Source of the DNA: Ranitomeya imitator
Lineage: Eukaryota
Direction of reading: 5' to 3'
Assembly: GCF_032444005.1 (NCBI RefSeq)
Contig: NC_091286.1
Span: 660,300,001-660,364,000, forward strand
DNA: 64,000 nucleotides
In this document: positions 13,251-25,559 of the stretch, in pieces
How positions within the stretch are numbered: position 1 is the stretch's first letter
Layout: every line of letters starts with the position of its first letter
Program-made: the position numbers and the translations under genes
The notes under the pieces: model-generated
Told to the model about the DNA's origin: nothing
Seen by the model: the letters and a program-made list of their open reading frames with translations, nothing else
Databases searched by the model: none

Positions 13251-14038
13251 TGTTATAGACCTGGTGGTTAGGAGCACCAGGAAAGACCTGATGGTTAAAC
13301 TCACAGGACAAGCTCTGGGAAGTGGGAACTCTGCTGACCTCAATCCCTAATCCTATCACACACACTAGAAATAGCCGTGGAGCGTACCTAACAGGCCTAG
13401 ACGCCTCGACACAGCCTAAGGGCTAGCTACCCCTAGAGATAGAAAGTAAAGCCTACCTTGCCTCAGAGAAATTCCCCAAAGGAAAAGGCAGCCCCCCACA
13501 AATATTGACTGTGAGATAAGATGAAAGTCACAAACACAGGAATGAAAGAGGTTTCAGCAAAGGGAGGCCAGACTACCTAAACAGACAGAGGATAGAAAAA
13601 GTAACTTTGCGGTCAGCACAAAAAACTACAAAAGACCACGCAGAGTGTGCAAAAAGACCCCCGCACCGACTCACGGTGCGGAGGTGCCTCTCTGCCTCCC
13701 AGAGCTTCCAGCTAGCCAGACAGAATCATATTAGCAAGCTGGACAAGAAAACAAGAACAACAAAATAAACCAGCAGGGACTTAGCTTCTGCTGGAGTAGA
13801 GAGTTCACCAGAAAGATCCAAGAGCGAACTGAACCAGTACTGGAACATTGACAGGTGGCATGGAGTAACGATCTGGGTGGAGTTAAATAGAGCAGCCAGC
13901 CTATTAACCAGGTCACCTGTGGAAGGAACCTCAGAACCAGCAGCTCCACTCACAGCCACCAGAGGGAGTCCATGGACAGAACTCGCTGAAGTACCATTCA
14001 TGACCACAGGAGGGAGTTCCAAAACAGAATTCACAACA
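13251..14038 (-). repeat. 5' LTR of the Gypsy element
   Basis: TGTTGTGAATT...CTATAACA on the minus strand; TATA-like TATTTAA at 13889-13883. Confidence 0.95.
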
Positions 14039-14177
14039 GTTCTGGCTCCTACAGACCAGTTAGATGCTCCTAATCAACTAGTTACCTGCATTACAGAAAG
14101 CTGTCTTACATAGTCACCTTTATAAAAGACTCCTGTCCACAGACTCAATTAATCAGTCAGACTCTAACCTCTACAAC

Positions 14178-15200
14178 ATGGGCAAGACCAAAGAGCTTTA
14201 TAAGGAGGATGTCAGGGACAAGATCATAGACCAGCACAATGCTGGAATGGGCTACAAAACCATAAGCAAGACGCTGGGTGAGAAGGAGACAACTGTTGGT
14301 GCAATAGTAAGAAAATGGAAGAAATACAAAATCACTCTCAATCGACATCGATCTGGGGCACCATGCAAAATCTCACTTGGTGGGGTATCCTTGATCATGA
14401 GGAAGGTGAGAGATCAGCTTAAAACTACACGAGGGGAACTTGCTAATGATCTCAATGCAGCTGGGACCACAGACACCAAGGGAACCATTGGTAACATGTT
14501 ATGCCGTAAAGGCTTATATTCCTGCAGTGCCCGCAAGGTCCTGCTGATCAAGAAGTCACATGTGCAGGCCCGTCTGAAGTTTGCCAATGAACACCTGGAT
14601 GATTCTGTGAGTGATTGGGAGAAGGTGCTGGGGTCAGATGAGACAAAAATTGAGCTCTTTCGCATTAACTCAACTTGCCGTCTTGGAGGAAGAGAAATGC
14701 TGCCTATGACTCAAAGAACACCATCCTCACTGTCAAGCATGGAGGTAGAAACATTATGTTTTGGGAGTGTTTCTCTGCTAAGGGCACAGGACTACTTCAC
14801 CACATCAATGGGAGAATGGATGGAGCCATGTATCCTGAGTGACAACCTCCTTCCCTCCACCAGGACATTAAAAATGGTTCATGGCTGGGTCTTCCAGCAA
14901 GACAATGACCCAAAACATACAGCCAAGGCAACAAAGGAGTGGCTCAAAAAGAAGTCCATTAAGGTCATGGAGTGGCCTAGCCAGTCTCCAAACCTTGATC
15001 CCATAGAAAACTTATGGAGGGATTTGAAGCTCCGAGTTGCCAAGCGACAGCCTCAAAATCTTAACGATTTAGAGATGATCTGCACAGAGGAGTGGACCAA
15101 AATTCCTCCTGACATGTGCAAACCTCATCATCAACTACAAAAAACATCTGACTGCTGTGCTTGCCAACAAGGGTTTTGCCACCAAGTATTAAGTCTTGTT
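14178..15200 (+). pseudogene. Tc1 DD34E transposase (decayed)
   Basis: MGKTKEL...paired-like [17 protein letters not shown]...[15 protein letters not shown] with 34 residues between D and E; the middle and C-terminus read out of the consensus frame. Confidence 0.9.
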
Positions 15201-15218
15201 TGCCAGAGGGATCAAATA

Positions 15219-17106
15219 CCGTATATACTAGAGTATAAGCCGACCCGAGTATAAGCCGACCCCCCTAATTTTGCCACAAAAAACTGGGAAAACTTATTGA
15301 CTCGAGTATAAGCCTAGGGTAGGAAATGCAGCAGCTACCGGTGAATTTCAAAAATAAAAATAGATGCTCCATACCGTTCATTATTGCCCCATAGATGCTC
15401 CATATCAAGCTGTGCCACATATAATTCTCCATATCGTTCATTGTTGCCCCATAGATGCTCCAAATAAAGCTGTGCCATATATAATGCTCTGCAGCGTTCA
15501 TTATGGCCCCATAGATGCTCCAAATAAAGCTGTGCCATATATAATGCTATGCACCGTTCATTATGGCCCCATAGATGCTCCAAATAAAGCTGTGCCATAT
15601 ATAATGCTCTGCACCATTCATTATGGCCCCATAGATGCTCCATATAAAGCTGTGCCATATAGAATGCTCTGCAGAGTTCATTATGGCCCTATAGATGCTC
15701 CATATAATGCTGTGCCATATATAATGCTCTGCACCGTTCATTATGGCCCCATAGATGCTCCTTATAAAGCTGTGCCATATAGAATGCTCTGCCCCGTTCA
15801 TTATGGCCCCATAGATGCTCCATATAAAGCTGTGCCATATAGAATGCTCTGCAGCGTTCATTATGGCCTTATAGATGCTCCATAGAAAGCTGTGCCATAT
15901 AGAATGTTCTGCACTGTTCATTATTGCCCCATAGATGCTCCTTATAAAGCTGTGCCATATATAATGTTCTGCACCGTTCATTATGGCCCCATAGATGCTC
16001 CTTATAATGCTGTGCCATATAGAATGTTCTGCACTGTTCATTATTGCCCCATAGATGCTCCTTATAAAGCTGTGCCATATATAATGTTCTGCACCGTTCA
16101 TTATGGCCCCATAGATGCTCCTTATAATGCTGTGCCATATAGAATGTTCTGCACTGTTCATTATTGCCCCATAGATGCTCCTTATAAAGCTGTGCCATAT
16201 AGAATGTTCTGCACTGTTCATTATTGCCCCATAGATGCTCCTTATAAAGCTGTGCCATATATAATGCTATGCACCGTTCATTATGGCCCCATAGATGCTC
16301 CAAATAAAGCTGTGCCATATATAATGCTCTGCCCCGTTCATTATGGCCCCATAGATGCTCCATATAAAGCTGTGCCATATATAATGTTCTGCACCGTTCA
16401 TTATGGCCCCATAGATGCTCCTTATAATGCTGTGCCATATAGAATGTTCTGCACTGTTCATTATTGCCCCATAGATGCTCCTTATAAAGCTGTGCCATAT
16501 ATAATGCTGCTGCAATAAAAAAAAAAAATCACATACCTTTCTTTGCTCAGGACGCCGGCGCTTTCAATATTTACCTGCTCCTCGTGCGGCTCCGTCTCCA
16601 GCACTGACGCTCAGCAGAGGGTGTGCACTGACTACATCACTGCGCCCTCTGACCTGAGCGTCACAGCTAGAGGACGCTAGAGACGGAGCAGCAACGGAGC
16701 GAGGAGCAGGTAAATATCGCGCAGCGCTCCCCTCCCCGTATACTTACCTGCTCCTGGCGCGGTCCCTGCAGTCCCTGGCGCTGCATCTTCTTCCTGTATT
16801 GAGTGGTCACAGTTACCGCTCATTTACAGCAATGAATATGCGGCTTCACCCCTATGGGAGGTGGAGCCGCATATTCATTTCTGTAATGAGTGGTACCATG
16901 TGACCACTCAGTACAGGAAGAATCTGCAGCGCCGGGGAAGCAGGGACTGCAGGGACCGCACCGGGAGCAGGTAAGTATAATTACTCAGCCCCCACTCCCC
17001 CTCCCCTGCTGACCTTCCGGTATATGACTCGAGTATAAGCCGAGAGGGGGACATTCAGCCCCCAAAAATGGGCTGAAAATCTCGGCTTATACTCGAGTAT
17101 ATAATG
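15219..17106. mobile_element. Non-autonomous Tc2/pogo-like element inside the Tc1 right IR
   Basis: TIR CCGTATATACTAGAGTATAAGCCG / CGGCTTATACTCGAGTATATAATG; TA TSD (15217-15218 and 17107-17108) restores gatcaaaTActtgtttctc. Confidence 0.85.
15360..16509. repeat. 60-bp tandem array (about 19 copies) inside the MITE
   Basis: Unit atagatgctccatataaagctgtgccatatataatgctctgcaccgttcattatggcccc aligns in register with the 60-base lines. Confidence 0.97.
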
Positions 17107-18090
17107 TACTTGTTTCTCACTGCAAAAAGCAAATACATTTATATAATTTATACAATGTCATTTTCTGGATTTTGTTTTTGATATTCTATCTCTCAATGTT
17201 AAAATTAACCTACCCTTAAAACTGTAGACTGTTTATGTCTTTGTCAGTGGGCAAACTTACAAAATCAGCAAGGGATCAAAAAATTATTTCATTCACTGTA
17301 GCAAAGCTGGATTTGTCACAGAGTCCAATGCAGTGAAAAGAAGGGTTACCCAGCAATGTAACTGAGCTACATTTGCAGAGTGAGTTAAGAAGTCGCTTGT
17401 AGCTGCCAGGATTCCACCAACCTGAATACTCAGGTGGCATGTCGCGGCATGAGTTGGCCTGTAAGGACTGGGAGCGTGACCTCACAATAGAGTGCTATTT
17501 ACCATGATAACTCAATGTATGGTAAAGCAGAGAGAGTATCAAGGCTGGGGGAAGACAGAGAGGCTGGGACAGGTAACAACTGCCTATATGTGGAATGCAC
17601 CTAATCGTCGCCCACCGCACATAATATAAGAACCATTTGACCATCATTTCAGAAATGGTTGTCTCAAGGCAAGTAAGCAAATTGTATATTTGTTCCATAT
17701 TTATCATAAAGTCCTCATTACTCGCTTGCTCGGTGCTTATTTACTTCCTTCCTTGCTCCCTCGCTGGCACATAATTGCAATCAGGGCCCTTGTAATTAAT
17801 ATATTCACATACACATAGCAACTGTTGCACCCAGGAGGCTTCGCCTTGCTCTGATGAGCGAGTGTTTCTGTGTACTCTATGGCCGGACTGTGCCCAGCTC
17901 CTAGGTAAGCAGTGCAGGCTCACCCCTCCCTAGGGCACAGTTTATAGTCAGCCCTTTCTTTGCACATTGATCCGTAGCTCCAGAGGAGGGAGGAGAAGGG
18001 TCAATGATTACTTGATATAACTAGACCATTCTCAAGATTCAGCTTTTACCTTGGACGCTCAGGTAGGAAGGATTAAGATTTGTGATCCAG

Positions 18091-18655
18091 TTCTGCAAAT
18101 TTACTCGAAGACTCAGATCTACGGAAAGACTCCATCATGCAGGCGTCTGAACATCTGTATGAAACGACCATGCCCCAAAAGTGGACGGACGATGAGAGAA
18201 TCTACTCCATCCCCAGTAGTCCAGACAGTATGGATCTGAGTCCTGATCGCCCTTTGAGCCGAGCATCAACCAACCGGTCTTCTCAGCATAGTGGAGATGA
18301 TGTGCATGAGGTTGAGAAGGACTCACTAAACAAACCTAATTTGCAGCTGATCATTGGAAAGAATCCTCCGAACCACAGTTCATCTCTTTCTCCAAAGTCC
18401 ACCACTCCGACATCTCCTAATAAATCAACATTTTCTCCTACGAATGTCAAGTCTTCATCATACCCAACATCTCCGACCTCTCCAAGGGAGTATGTCGCGC
18501 CTTATGGTCTGCACACATGGGTTCTGGACCCCACCGGACAATCGAACAACAACGATCGAAGTGTCGATGAAGCGGACTACGAGGAGCCGGAGGCTGACAT
18601 CGCTCTCTACGTCAAGGTAGATAATGAGTCTAATGTGGTATTAGGAGACCTTTAG
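18091..18655 (+). CDS. Candidate host coding exon (possibly terminal): Ser/Pro/Thr-rich segment with several Tyr motifs
   Basis: About 188 open codons in non-repetitive DNA; motifs LYET, IYSIP, EYVAP, DYEEP, LYVKV; candidate acceptors at 18090 (atccag) or 18116; stop TAG 18653-18655. No recognisable domain. Confidence 0.45.
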
Positions 18656-19169
18656 AAACTCTTAGGTGTCTTTGATGTATCGTCTAGCTTGGCCACAAAA
18701 AATGTATATCTGGCGCCTTTTCCTATGGCGTACCTGCCAAGATAAACGTATATATGGGGTAGCCATTATGTTCCTAAGTGCCCACAACAGAGCTCCAGAT
18801 GATGGTTAACCATGGTACCCATTTTAACGTAAATCCAATTGTTTTGAGAACCATGGTGGACGTAGCTTATTGAAGATAGACAGTAGGAACCTACACTTTT
18901 ACTATGTCAACATAACTATTCAGAACAAATATCAAGGGCTTGTATATTGTAAAAACACCCCTGGAAGAAGTAGTAAGCCATTTATTATTATTTTTATCCA
19001 TATTTAAAATCGTGAGAATTGGCCATTCGACCACTGGAAAATCTCCTACAATGGGACAATGTCCTCCTCGCCTTCTAGGATATGGACAGGGCATGGCTGT
19101 ATAGCAGAAGGCTCACTAGTCAGTGATTGGTGTCAACGTGAATTTTCACAATTTCACCAATGTCAATTT

Positions 19170-19700
19170 GAAGTGTAACTGAACGCTTTCACTTTTATTT
19201 CATAAATCAATAGTACAAATGAAAATAATAAAGTTTGTAATATATCTTGTCAGTAAAATCTGCTGCTTTCTCCGCCAGGACTGAACATTCGTTCTCAAAA
19301 TTCTCAATTCTCGGGTAAAATATGAAGGCAGATTTTTTACATAATGGAGATAAGGAATGACAAGTTCTACTGATAAGATTTTACATTATGGAGATAAGGA
19401 ATGACAAGTTCTACTGAAAAGATTCTCTACAGAGGGAAGAGAGAAAGCGGAGGGGGGAGCTGGAGACAGAACTGCTCTCTCCTCCTCTAAAAAAATATCT
19501 GCCATCTCCTGTCTCAGTAATGAAACAATCTGTCTTCACTGAATACAGATTTTACCCAAGAATTGAGAATGTTGAGAATGAATGATCAGTCCCGGTGGAG
19601 AAAGAGGTGGATCTCACTGATAAGATATATTACAAAGGTTCTTATTTTTGTCTTGTACTATTGATTTATTTAATAAAAATTAAAGCTTCGTTTACACTTA
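19170..19700. mobile_element. Kolobok/T2-type foldback MITE with an internal ~45-bp tandem duplication
   Basis: Arms aagtgtaactgaacgctttcacttttatttcataaatcaatagtac / gtactattgatttatttaataaaaattaaagcttcgtttacactt; duplicated tggagataaggaatgacaagttctactga at about 19345-19420. Confidence 0.7.
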
Positions 19701-19872
19701 ACGCCACGGATATGATGTTAGTCCGATGTGTCTTAAATATCCCCTTCGGTTGGAGTCTCGTCGGACCACTGGATCCCGGACATCACTTTGTAGAGTGGAT
19801 CTGTTTGCAGGATGATCTAGTGGTGGGAAGCCCTAGAATGTGAAGTTCCTTTTTAGAAATCTAGGACATTAA

Positions 19873-20268
19873 AGAGGTCTTGCAGTTCCAGAAAAAGAAT
19901 AGTTTTTCTTAAGAAAAAGAAAAAACAAGCTGTGATTTACTCACCCTCCCCAGGTCCAGTGCTGAGTCTCCACCACTGCGCCAAGTGTCTGTTATTGCCT
20001 TCAGTGCTGAGGTCACGTTGACAGCGCTGCAGCCAATCAGCGAGTTTAGCATCCCTGAGCTGCTTGAGCTGTCAACTCGAACAGAGTCACCGAGCTCACT
20101 GATTGGCTGCAGCATTATCGATGTGACGTCAGCACTGCAGACAACAGACACCAGGAGCAGTAGTGGAGACTCAGCGCTGGACCTGGGAAGGGTGAGTAAG
20201 CCCCCTTTTTTTTTTTTTTACACAAACATGGGTTTTCTGACCCAGAACATCTGAAACAACCACTCGTT
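19873..20268. mobile_element. Kolobok/T2-type foldback MITE
   Basis: TTAA|AGAGG start; palindromic arms tactcaccctccccaggtccag...ctggacctgggaagggtgagta. Confidence 0.7.
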
Positions 20269-21104
20269 TTCATGTGGAGTTTAACAATTTTCTAATTGTA
20301 CCCAGTGCCAGTTGTGTATACTTGTATATTATCCGCCGCGGCAACACTAGAGTTTTTACGGAACTGCTGTGTTCCGGCAGCAATAGAGAAGGATAGGCCA
20401 TCAATAAGGAAGAAGTGGCCAAGTAGAGGTCCTTTGTTCAGGTTCCTCATTTTTTGGTCCGAGTGGAGAGAAATTGTAAATGGTGTGGCTTGCTCCGGAG
20501 GACCGGTCCTGTCCCTCATTACACACGGACATTTGGGATTCATGTTCTGTGAGTGCTGGACACCTGGGTGTGATCGGTAATATCTCACTGCTCCCATAAA
20601 GGAGTCCTAATACATCACACTACATAACTATTTATGACCTGAGAAATAACTCGTAAATGTCAGGAGGACAAAGTTCCGTGGAAGATTAAATCTGGGAACA
20701 GGCAGTATTCTAGTACTGCGGAGCAATGTTTTGTTTTTTTCTGTTTTTCTTTTTTTTTTAAAGGGTTAGAACTTAATTTTTGACTTATTGTTAGGAAATG
20801 CCATAAATATCAGATTGGTAATCTGGATAAAGGGACGGTAACACCGGAACTTTGCATCCCCAAAATTGTTTACCAGGCATAGCGCCACCCATTTGTTAGT
20901 GGCTGTGCTTGGTATTACAGCTCAATACTCATTTTTTGGACTTTAATGGGGCTTAGCTGTAGTGCCCTGCAGCGCCAGACATAGTCATGTCTCCTATGGG
21001 GGAAAAGCTTACTATCACGAATTAGCCACATTGCATATTTTTCCACTACTTTGAAAACTTTCAGGTTACAGGATGGTCATAGTCCAGTGGAAGCCCAAAC
21101 TTAA

Positions 21105-21354
21105 AGGGACACTGTCACCTGAATTTGGAGGGAACAATCTTCAGCCATAGGGGCGGGGTTTTCGGGTGTTTGATTCACCCTTTCCTTACCCGCTGGCTGC
21201 ATGCTGGCTGCAATATTGGATTGAAGTTCATTCTCTGTCCTCCGTAGTACATGCCTGCACAAGGCAATCTTAAGGAAAGGGTGAATCAAACACCCGAAAA
21301 CCCCGCCCCTATGGCTGAAGATTGTTCCCTCCAAATTCAGGTGACAGAGTCCCT
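21105..21354. mobile_element. Young Kolobok/T2-type MITE with long, near-perfect TIRs
   Basis: TTAA|AGGGACACTGTCACCTGAATTTGGAGGGAACAATCTTCAGCCATAGGGG...mirrored at 21265-21354. Confidence 0.85.
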
Positions 21355-21638
21355 TTTAGAAAGGACCTGTCACTTTCCTCTGGATAGCTCATCAATATCT
21401 GATCGGTAGCCGTTTGACCTCTGGCAGCCCTACAGATCAGCTGCCAGGCACCTCTGGTGGCAGCTTATCTCACCGAGAACGAAAGGACCGGCAGTCCGAA
21501 ATCATACAGGATCTGTCAATCCCTCTAAGTCATCCGTCAGGGGAGCGTCGGGGGCCCCCCTACGCATATAGTCTTAGCCGAGCCTGCAGATGTTAACAGG
21601 TTAAGCCAATGTCAGCCGAATGTGTATGAGGGCCTTAA

Positions 21639-22082
21639 AGGGAATCTGTCAGCAGTTTTTTGCTATTTAATCTGTGAGCAGCATAATATAGGGCAAGAAA
21701 GCCTGATTCCAGGGATGTGTCACTTATTTGGCTGTGTGTTGTAGTTTCAATGCAATCAATATTTTATCAGCAGGAGATTATCACTGCAAGACTAGGCATC
21801 ACGTGCATGGCAGTCAGGATAGTCTGTCTAACCCCACCCCCACCACTGATTGGCAGCTTGCTGACAATGTATTGTACAGAGGAAGCTCCCAATCAGGGGT
21901 GTGGGAGGGGTTATACACAGCCAAGAAGTCTTAACTCCGCTACATCTACATCACATAAAATAAGGATTCTATCAAAACCACACCAAGCAGCCCAGTAAGT
22001 GACAGATCCATGGAATCAGGCTCTCTTGCCCTATGCTATGCTGCTCTCAGATTACATATCAAAACTTGCTGACATATTCCCT
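21639..22082. mobile_element. Kolobok/T2-type MITE
   Basis: TTAA|AGGGAATCTGTCAGC...GCTGACATATTCCCT|TTAA; same family as 3142-3563. Confidence 0.85.
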
Positions 22083-23962
22083 TTAAGATGAGTCATACCT
22101 GAACTTTTAGGTAGCGTAATGGGAATGAATAATTATTTTAGAATGTAACGTTGTCCTGTATAATATCATCCATTCTCCTCTATCTTCATATAAATGCATA
22201 GCTCTCAACCGTCCCGGACTCAGAGGGACTGTCCCGCCAGGTCAGGGCTTTGTCCCCACTTCTAATACTCACCTCTCTATAATGTTGCCCTGTAGCTCCT
22301 CCTCCTCCAGGGGCAGGGCTGCATTAAATTATAATATTCATTCCGTTTTGGATCTCCAACTCACATCACTATGTCTACAGGCAGGAGCTCTAGCTTTAAG
22401 CCACAGCCCATTATGACATACATAGGAGAATTTGTTAATCAGGCAGTGAACATAAATGTGGATTATATATGTACATAGAGATATATTCTACCTAGCAGTG
22501 AATTTCTATGATCCTTGTATAATAGAGGTGAAGAAAACATCAGATAATTCTGTTCCTATAAAACTACTATCTCTGAAGAGACAATTTGTATAAAACTACT
22601 AAAAATTGTAAAAAGCAATTACAAAAATGTAATTTTTTTTACTTTTTGTTTGACTCCCTGGAATTGTATCGACAAACTTCAACATTACAGGAGCTAAATG
22701 TACTGCGCCCCAGGCTCTGGCGATGTCACTGGGAGAATTTTGTGTACTTGATCTCTATTGTCGGCTGTGACCCCAAAGGCAGATTATACTCGTACATAGA
22801 GAGACTTTGTACACAGCAGAGTATTTCTATATCTTTGTATTCAACACAGAGAATAAAAGAGATTTTTTGTTACTATCAAATTACTAAAACATTATGAAAA
22901 ACAATTACAATAATGTCATTTTGTTTTTAAATAATAAACATCACAAATCAGCAAATAACATGGACATATTTGGTGTCTCTGTAATCGTAACGACTCGCAC
23001 AGCACAGCAATCAGCTTATTTAATGGGAACAGTAAATGGCGTAAAAAATTATATTTTTTTCTCTACTAAACTGATAAAAAATGTAATAAAAATGTACCGT
23101 TGAGACCATGTTCAATTGTAGCATAAATGATGCGTTTTTCTACTGCTTTTTTCTCCAAACCACAAGATTTATTAACAATCCTCTCTAATTATTGCATGTT
23201 TTCTGCGTTTCTTTCACGCATTTTCCCCATCTTTGATGCATTTTTGATGCAGATTTGAAGCCACGTTTTTAATTCTTTTTTAATACTACAAAAAAGTATT
23301 GAGTCTACACTTAAAAATATGTCTATCTTTGCCTATAAAGAACAAAAAGCAACAAATCTGCAGAGTACAGCAACGTGTTTAGATGCACCAAAGGCGGAGA
23401 GTTCATGGAATTACGGCCACTTTGCTTGGACTTTTAGACCTTGTTCACACGTAGCGTAAATGCTGCATATTTTCGGCTGCTTTTTTGGCACAGAAATTCT
23501 GCTGTTTAACTGTCCAAGCAAAGTGGATGTGATTTCATGAAAACTGTGCCTGCAGTGGTGTAAAGACGCGGACTAATGAAAAGCCGAGTCGGGGGTGCTG
23601 GAAGGTCAGAGATTCGCGGGCTCCTGTCCAACCACAAGGGATCACTGATCTGGACGCTTGACCAGAGTCCCGTGAATCCATCCGCTCATCTCTAGTCCCA
23701 ACAGTCCCGGATACAGAGGACAGTCCCGGATTTGGGTCTCCTCCCTGCAGTCTCGAGCGTCTTCTGAATGTCCAGCACTACCACCGCCCCTCTGACAACT
23801 CCTCCTGAGAAAGAAATGGGAAAGGGGCGTGGATTGGGGCACTGCCAATATTTCCGGCAATGCCCGCCACACACATCGTCCCTCTTTCGGTTCTTTGTGA
23901 GGGATGTAAATGACATAGTTTGTCTTTAGCACGATAAACACGTGAATGCGGCAGCATGGACG

Positions 23963-24237
23963 GCTCCGGAGCGCACTGTGTACGTAACAGCCCCGGAGCG
24001 CACTGTGTATGTACCAGCCCCGGAGCGCACTGTGTACGTACCAGCCCCGGAGCGCACTGTGTACGTACCAGCCCCGGAGCGCACTGTGTACGTACCAGCC
24101 CCGGAGCGCACTGTGTACGTACCAGCCCCGGAGCGCACTGTGTACGTACCAGCCCCGGAGCGCACTGTGTACGTACCAGCCCCGGAGCGCACTGTGTACG
24201 TACCAGCCCCGGAGCGCACTGTGTACGTACCAGCCCC
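23963..24237. repeat. 27-bp CpG-rich minisatellite, about 10 copies
   Basis: Unit cccggagcgcactgtgtacgtaccagc (translates as a 9-aa repeat in several frames). Confidence 0.95.
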
Positions 24238-24619
24238 TATTGTATCACATCACACTGTGTGATCAGACACTGTGGACACAATGGACAAGAGCCGGCAATA
24301 CTATAGCTCAAACGTGTCAGAGCATGCACCGTCATCCCCCGCAGCGCTTTACCTGCGCCTTGTAGCCATCGCAAATACACCAAAGCCTCACTGTCAACAA
24401 CCCTAGAATTACACAGGAATATTTGTTTTGGGTTTAAAGATGATTGCTGAGGACACAGGTGGGACAGGATATATTGTGACAAGTGCTACATTATACCTGT
24501 ACACCATTCCTTCCTTTTATAAGCTTTAGTCACAAAGAATGTATCACCTTTTACAGTGTGTGTGTATACAGAAATAATCTACACAAAAAGGTGCAGTCAC
24601 TTTCTAAATATATTATATC

Positions 24620-25545
24620 GCTTATCCTGTACTGATCCTGAGTTACATCCTGTATTATACCCAAGAGCTGCGCTCACTATTCTGCTGGTGCAGTCACTGT
24701 GTACATACATTACATTACTGATCCTGAGTTACATCCTGTATTATACCCAAGAGCTGCGCTCACTATTCTGCTGGTGCAGTCACTGTGTACATACATTACA
24801 TTACTGATCCTGAGTTACAGCCAGTATTATACCCCAGAGCTGCACTCACTATTCTGCTGATGCAATCACTGTGTACATACATTACATTACTGATCCTGAG
24901 TTACATCCTGTATTATACCCGAGAGCTGCGCTCACTATTCTGCTGGTGCAGTCACTGTGTAAATACATTACATTACTGATCCTGAGTTACATCCTGTATT
25001 ATACTTCATAGCTGCACTCACTATTCTGCTGCTGCAGTCACTGTGTACATACATTACATTACTGATCCTGTACTGATCCTGAGTTACATCCTGTATTATA
25101 CTTCAGAGCTGCACTCACTATTCTGCTGGTGCAGTCACTGTGTACATACATTACATTACTGATCCTGAGTTACATCCTGTATTATACTTCAGAGCTGCAC
25201 TCACTATTCTGCTGGTGCAGTCACTGTGTACATACATTACATTACTGATCCTGAGTTACATCCTGTATTATACTTCATAGTTGCACTCACTATTCTGCTG
25301 CTTCAGTCACTGTGTACATACATTACATTACTGATCTTGAGTTACATCATGTATTATACCCCAGAGCTGCACTCACTATTCTGCTGCTGCAGTCACTGTG
25401 TACATACATTACATTACTGATCCTGAGTTACATCCTGTATTATACTCCAGAGCTGCACTCACTATTCTGCTGCTGCAGTCACTGTGTACAAACATTACAT
25501 TACTGATCTTGAGTTACATGCTGTATTATACCCCAGAGCTGCATA
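24620..25545. repeat. Second array of the 86-bp satellite (about 11 more divergent monomers)
   Basis: Same unit as 4051-7238; includes a monomer with a 10-bp insertion (atcctgtact) near 25065. Confidence 0.95.
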
Positions 25546-25559
25546 CATTATACATACAA

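Larger units (their letters stand above)
8278..14038 (-). mobile_element. Ty3/Gypsy LTR retrotransposon, chromovirus (Tf1/sushi-like), full length but inactivated
   Basis: Two ~790-bp LTRs with TG...CA ends; gag-PR-RT-RH-IN-chromodomain order; 6-bp TSD gttctg (8272-8277 and 14039-14044). Confidence 0.97.
8067..17298 (+). mobile_element. Tc1/mariner DNA transposon (IR/DR type, about 1.58 kb when reconstructed) with two nested insertions
   Basis: TA|tagtgaaggaaataagtatt left TIR and ...atttcattcactg|TA right TIR; internal direct repeats aaataagtatttgatccc; transposase at 14178; removing the Gypsy and the MITE restores a typical Tc1 length. Confidence 0.9.

Noticed and set aside
13726-14034. 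102-aa minus-strand ORF, with a paralogue at 8753-8947
   Set aside because: It lies entirely within the LTRs, has no domain similarity and is truncated in the other LTR copy.
15335-16518. Long His/Tyr-rich repetitive ORFs on both strands
   Set aside because: They arise from the 60-bp unit (a multiple of 3) inside a non-autonomous transposon.
20292-20597. Overlapping 94-101-aa ORFs in unique DNA
   Set aside because: No recognisable domain or consistent splice sites; the length is within chance expectation.
23926-24365. 9-aa repeat ORFs (VYVPAPERT etc.)
   Set aside because: The 27-bp minisatellite is open in several frames at once; there are no splice or domain cues.
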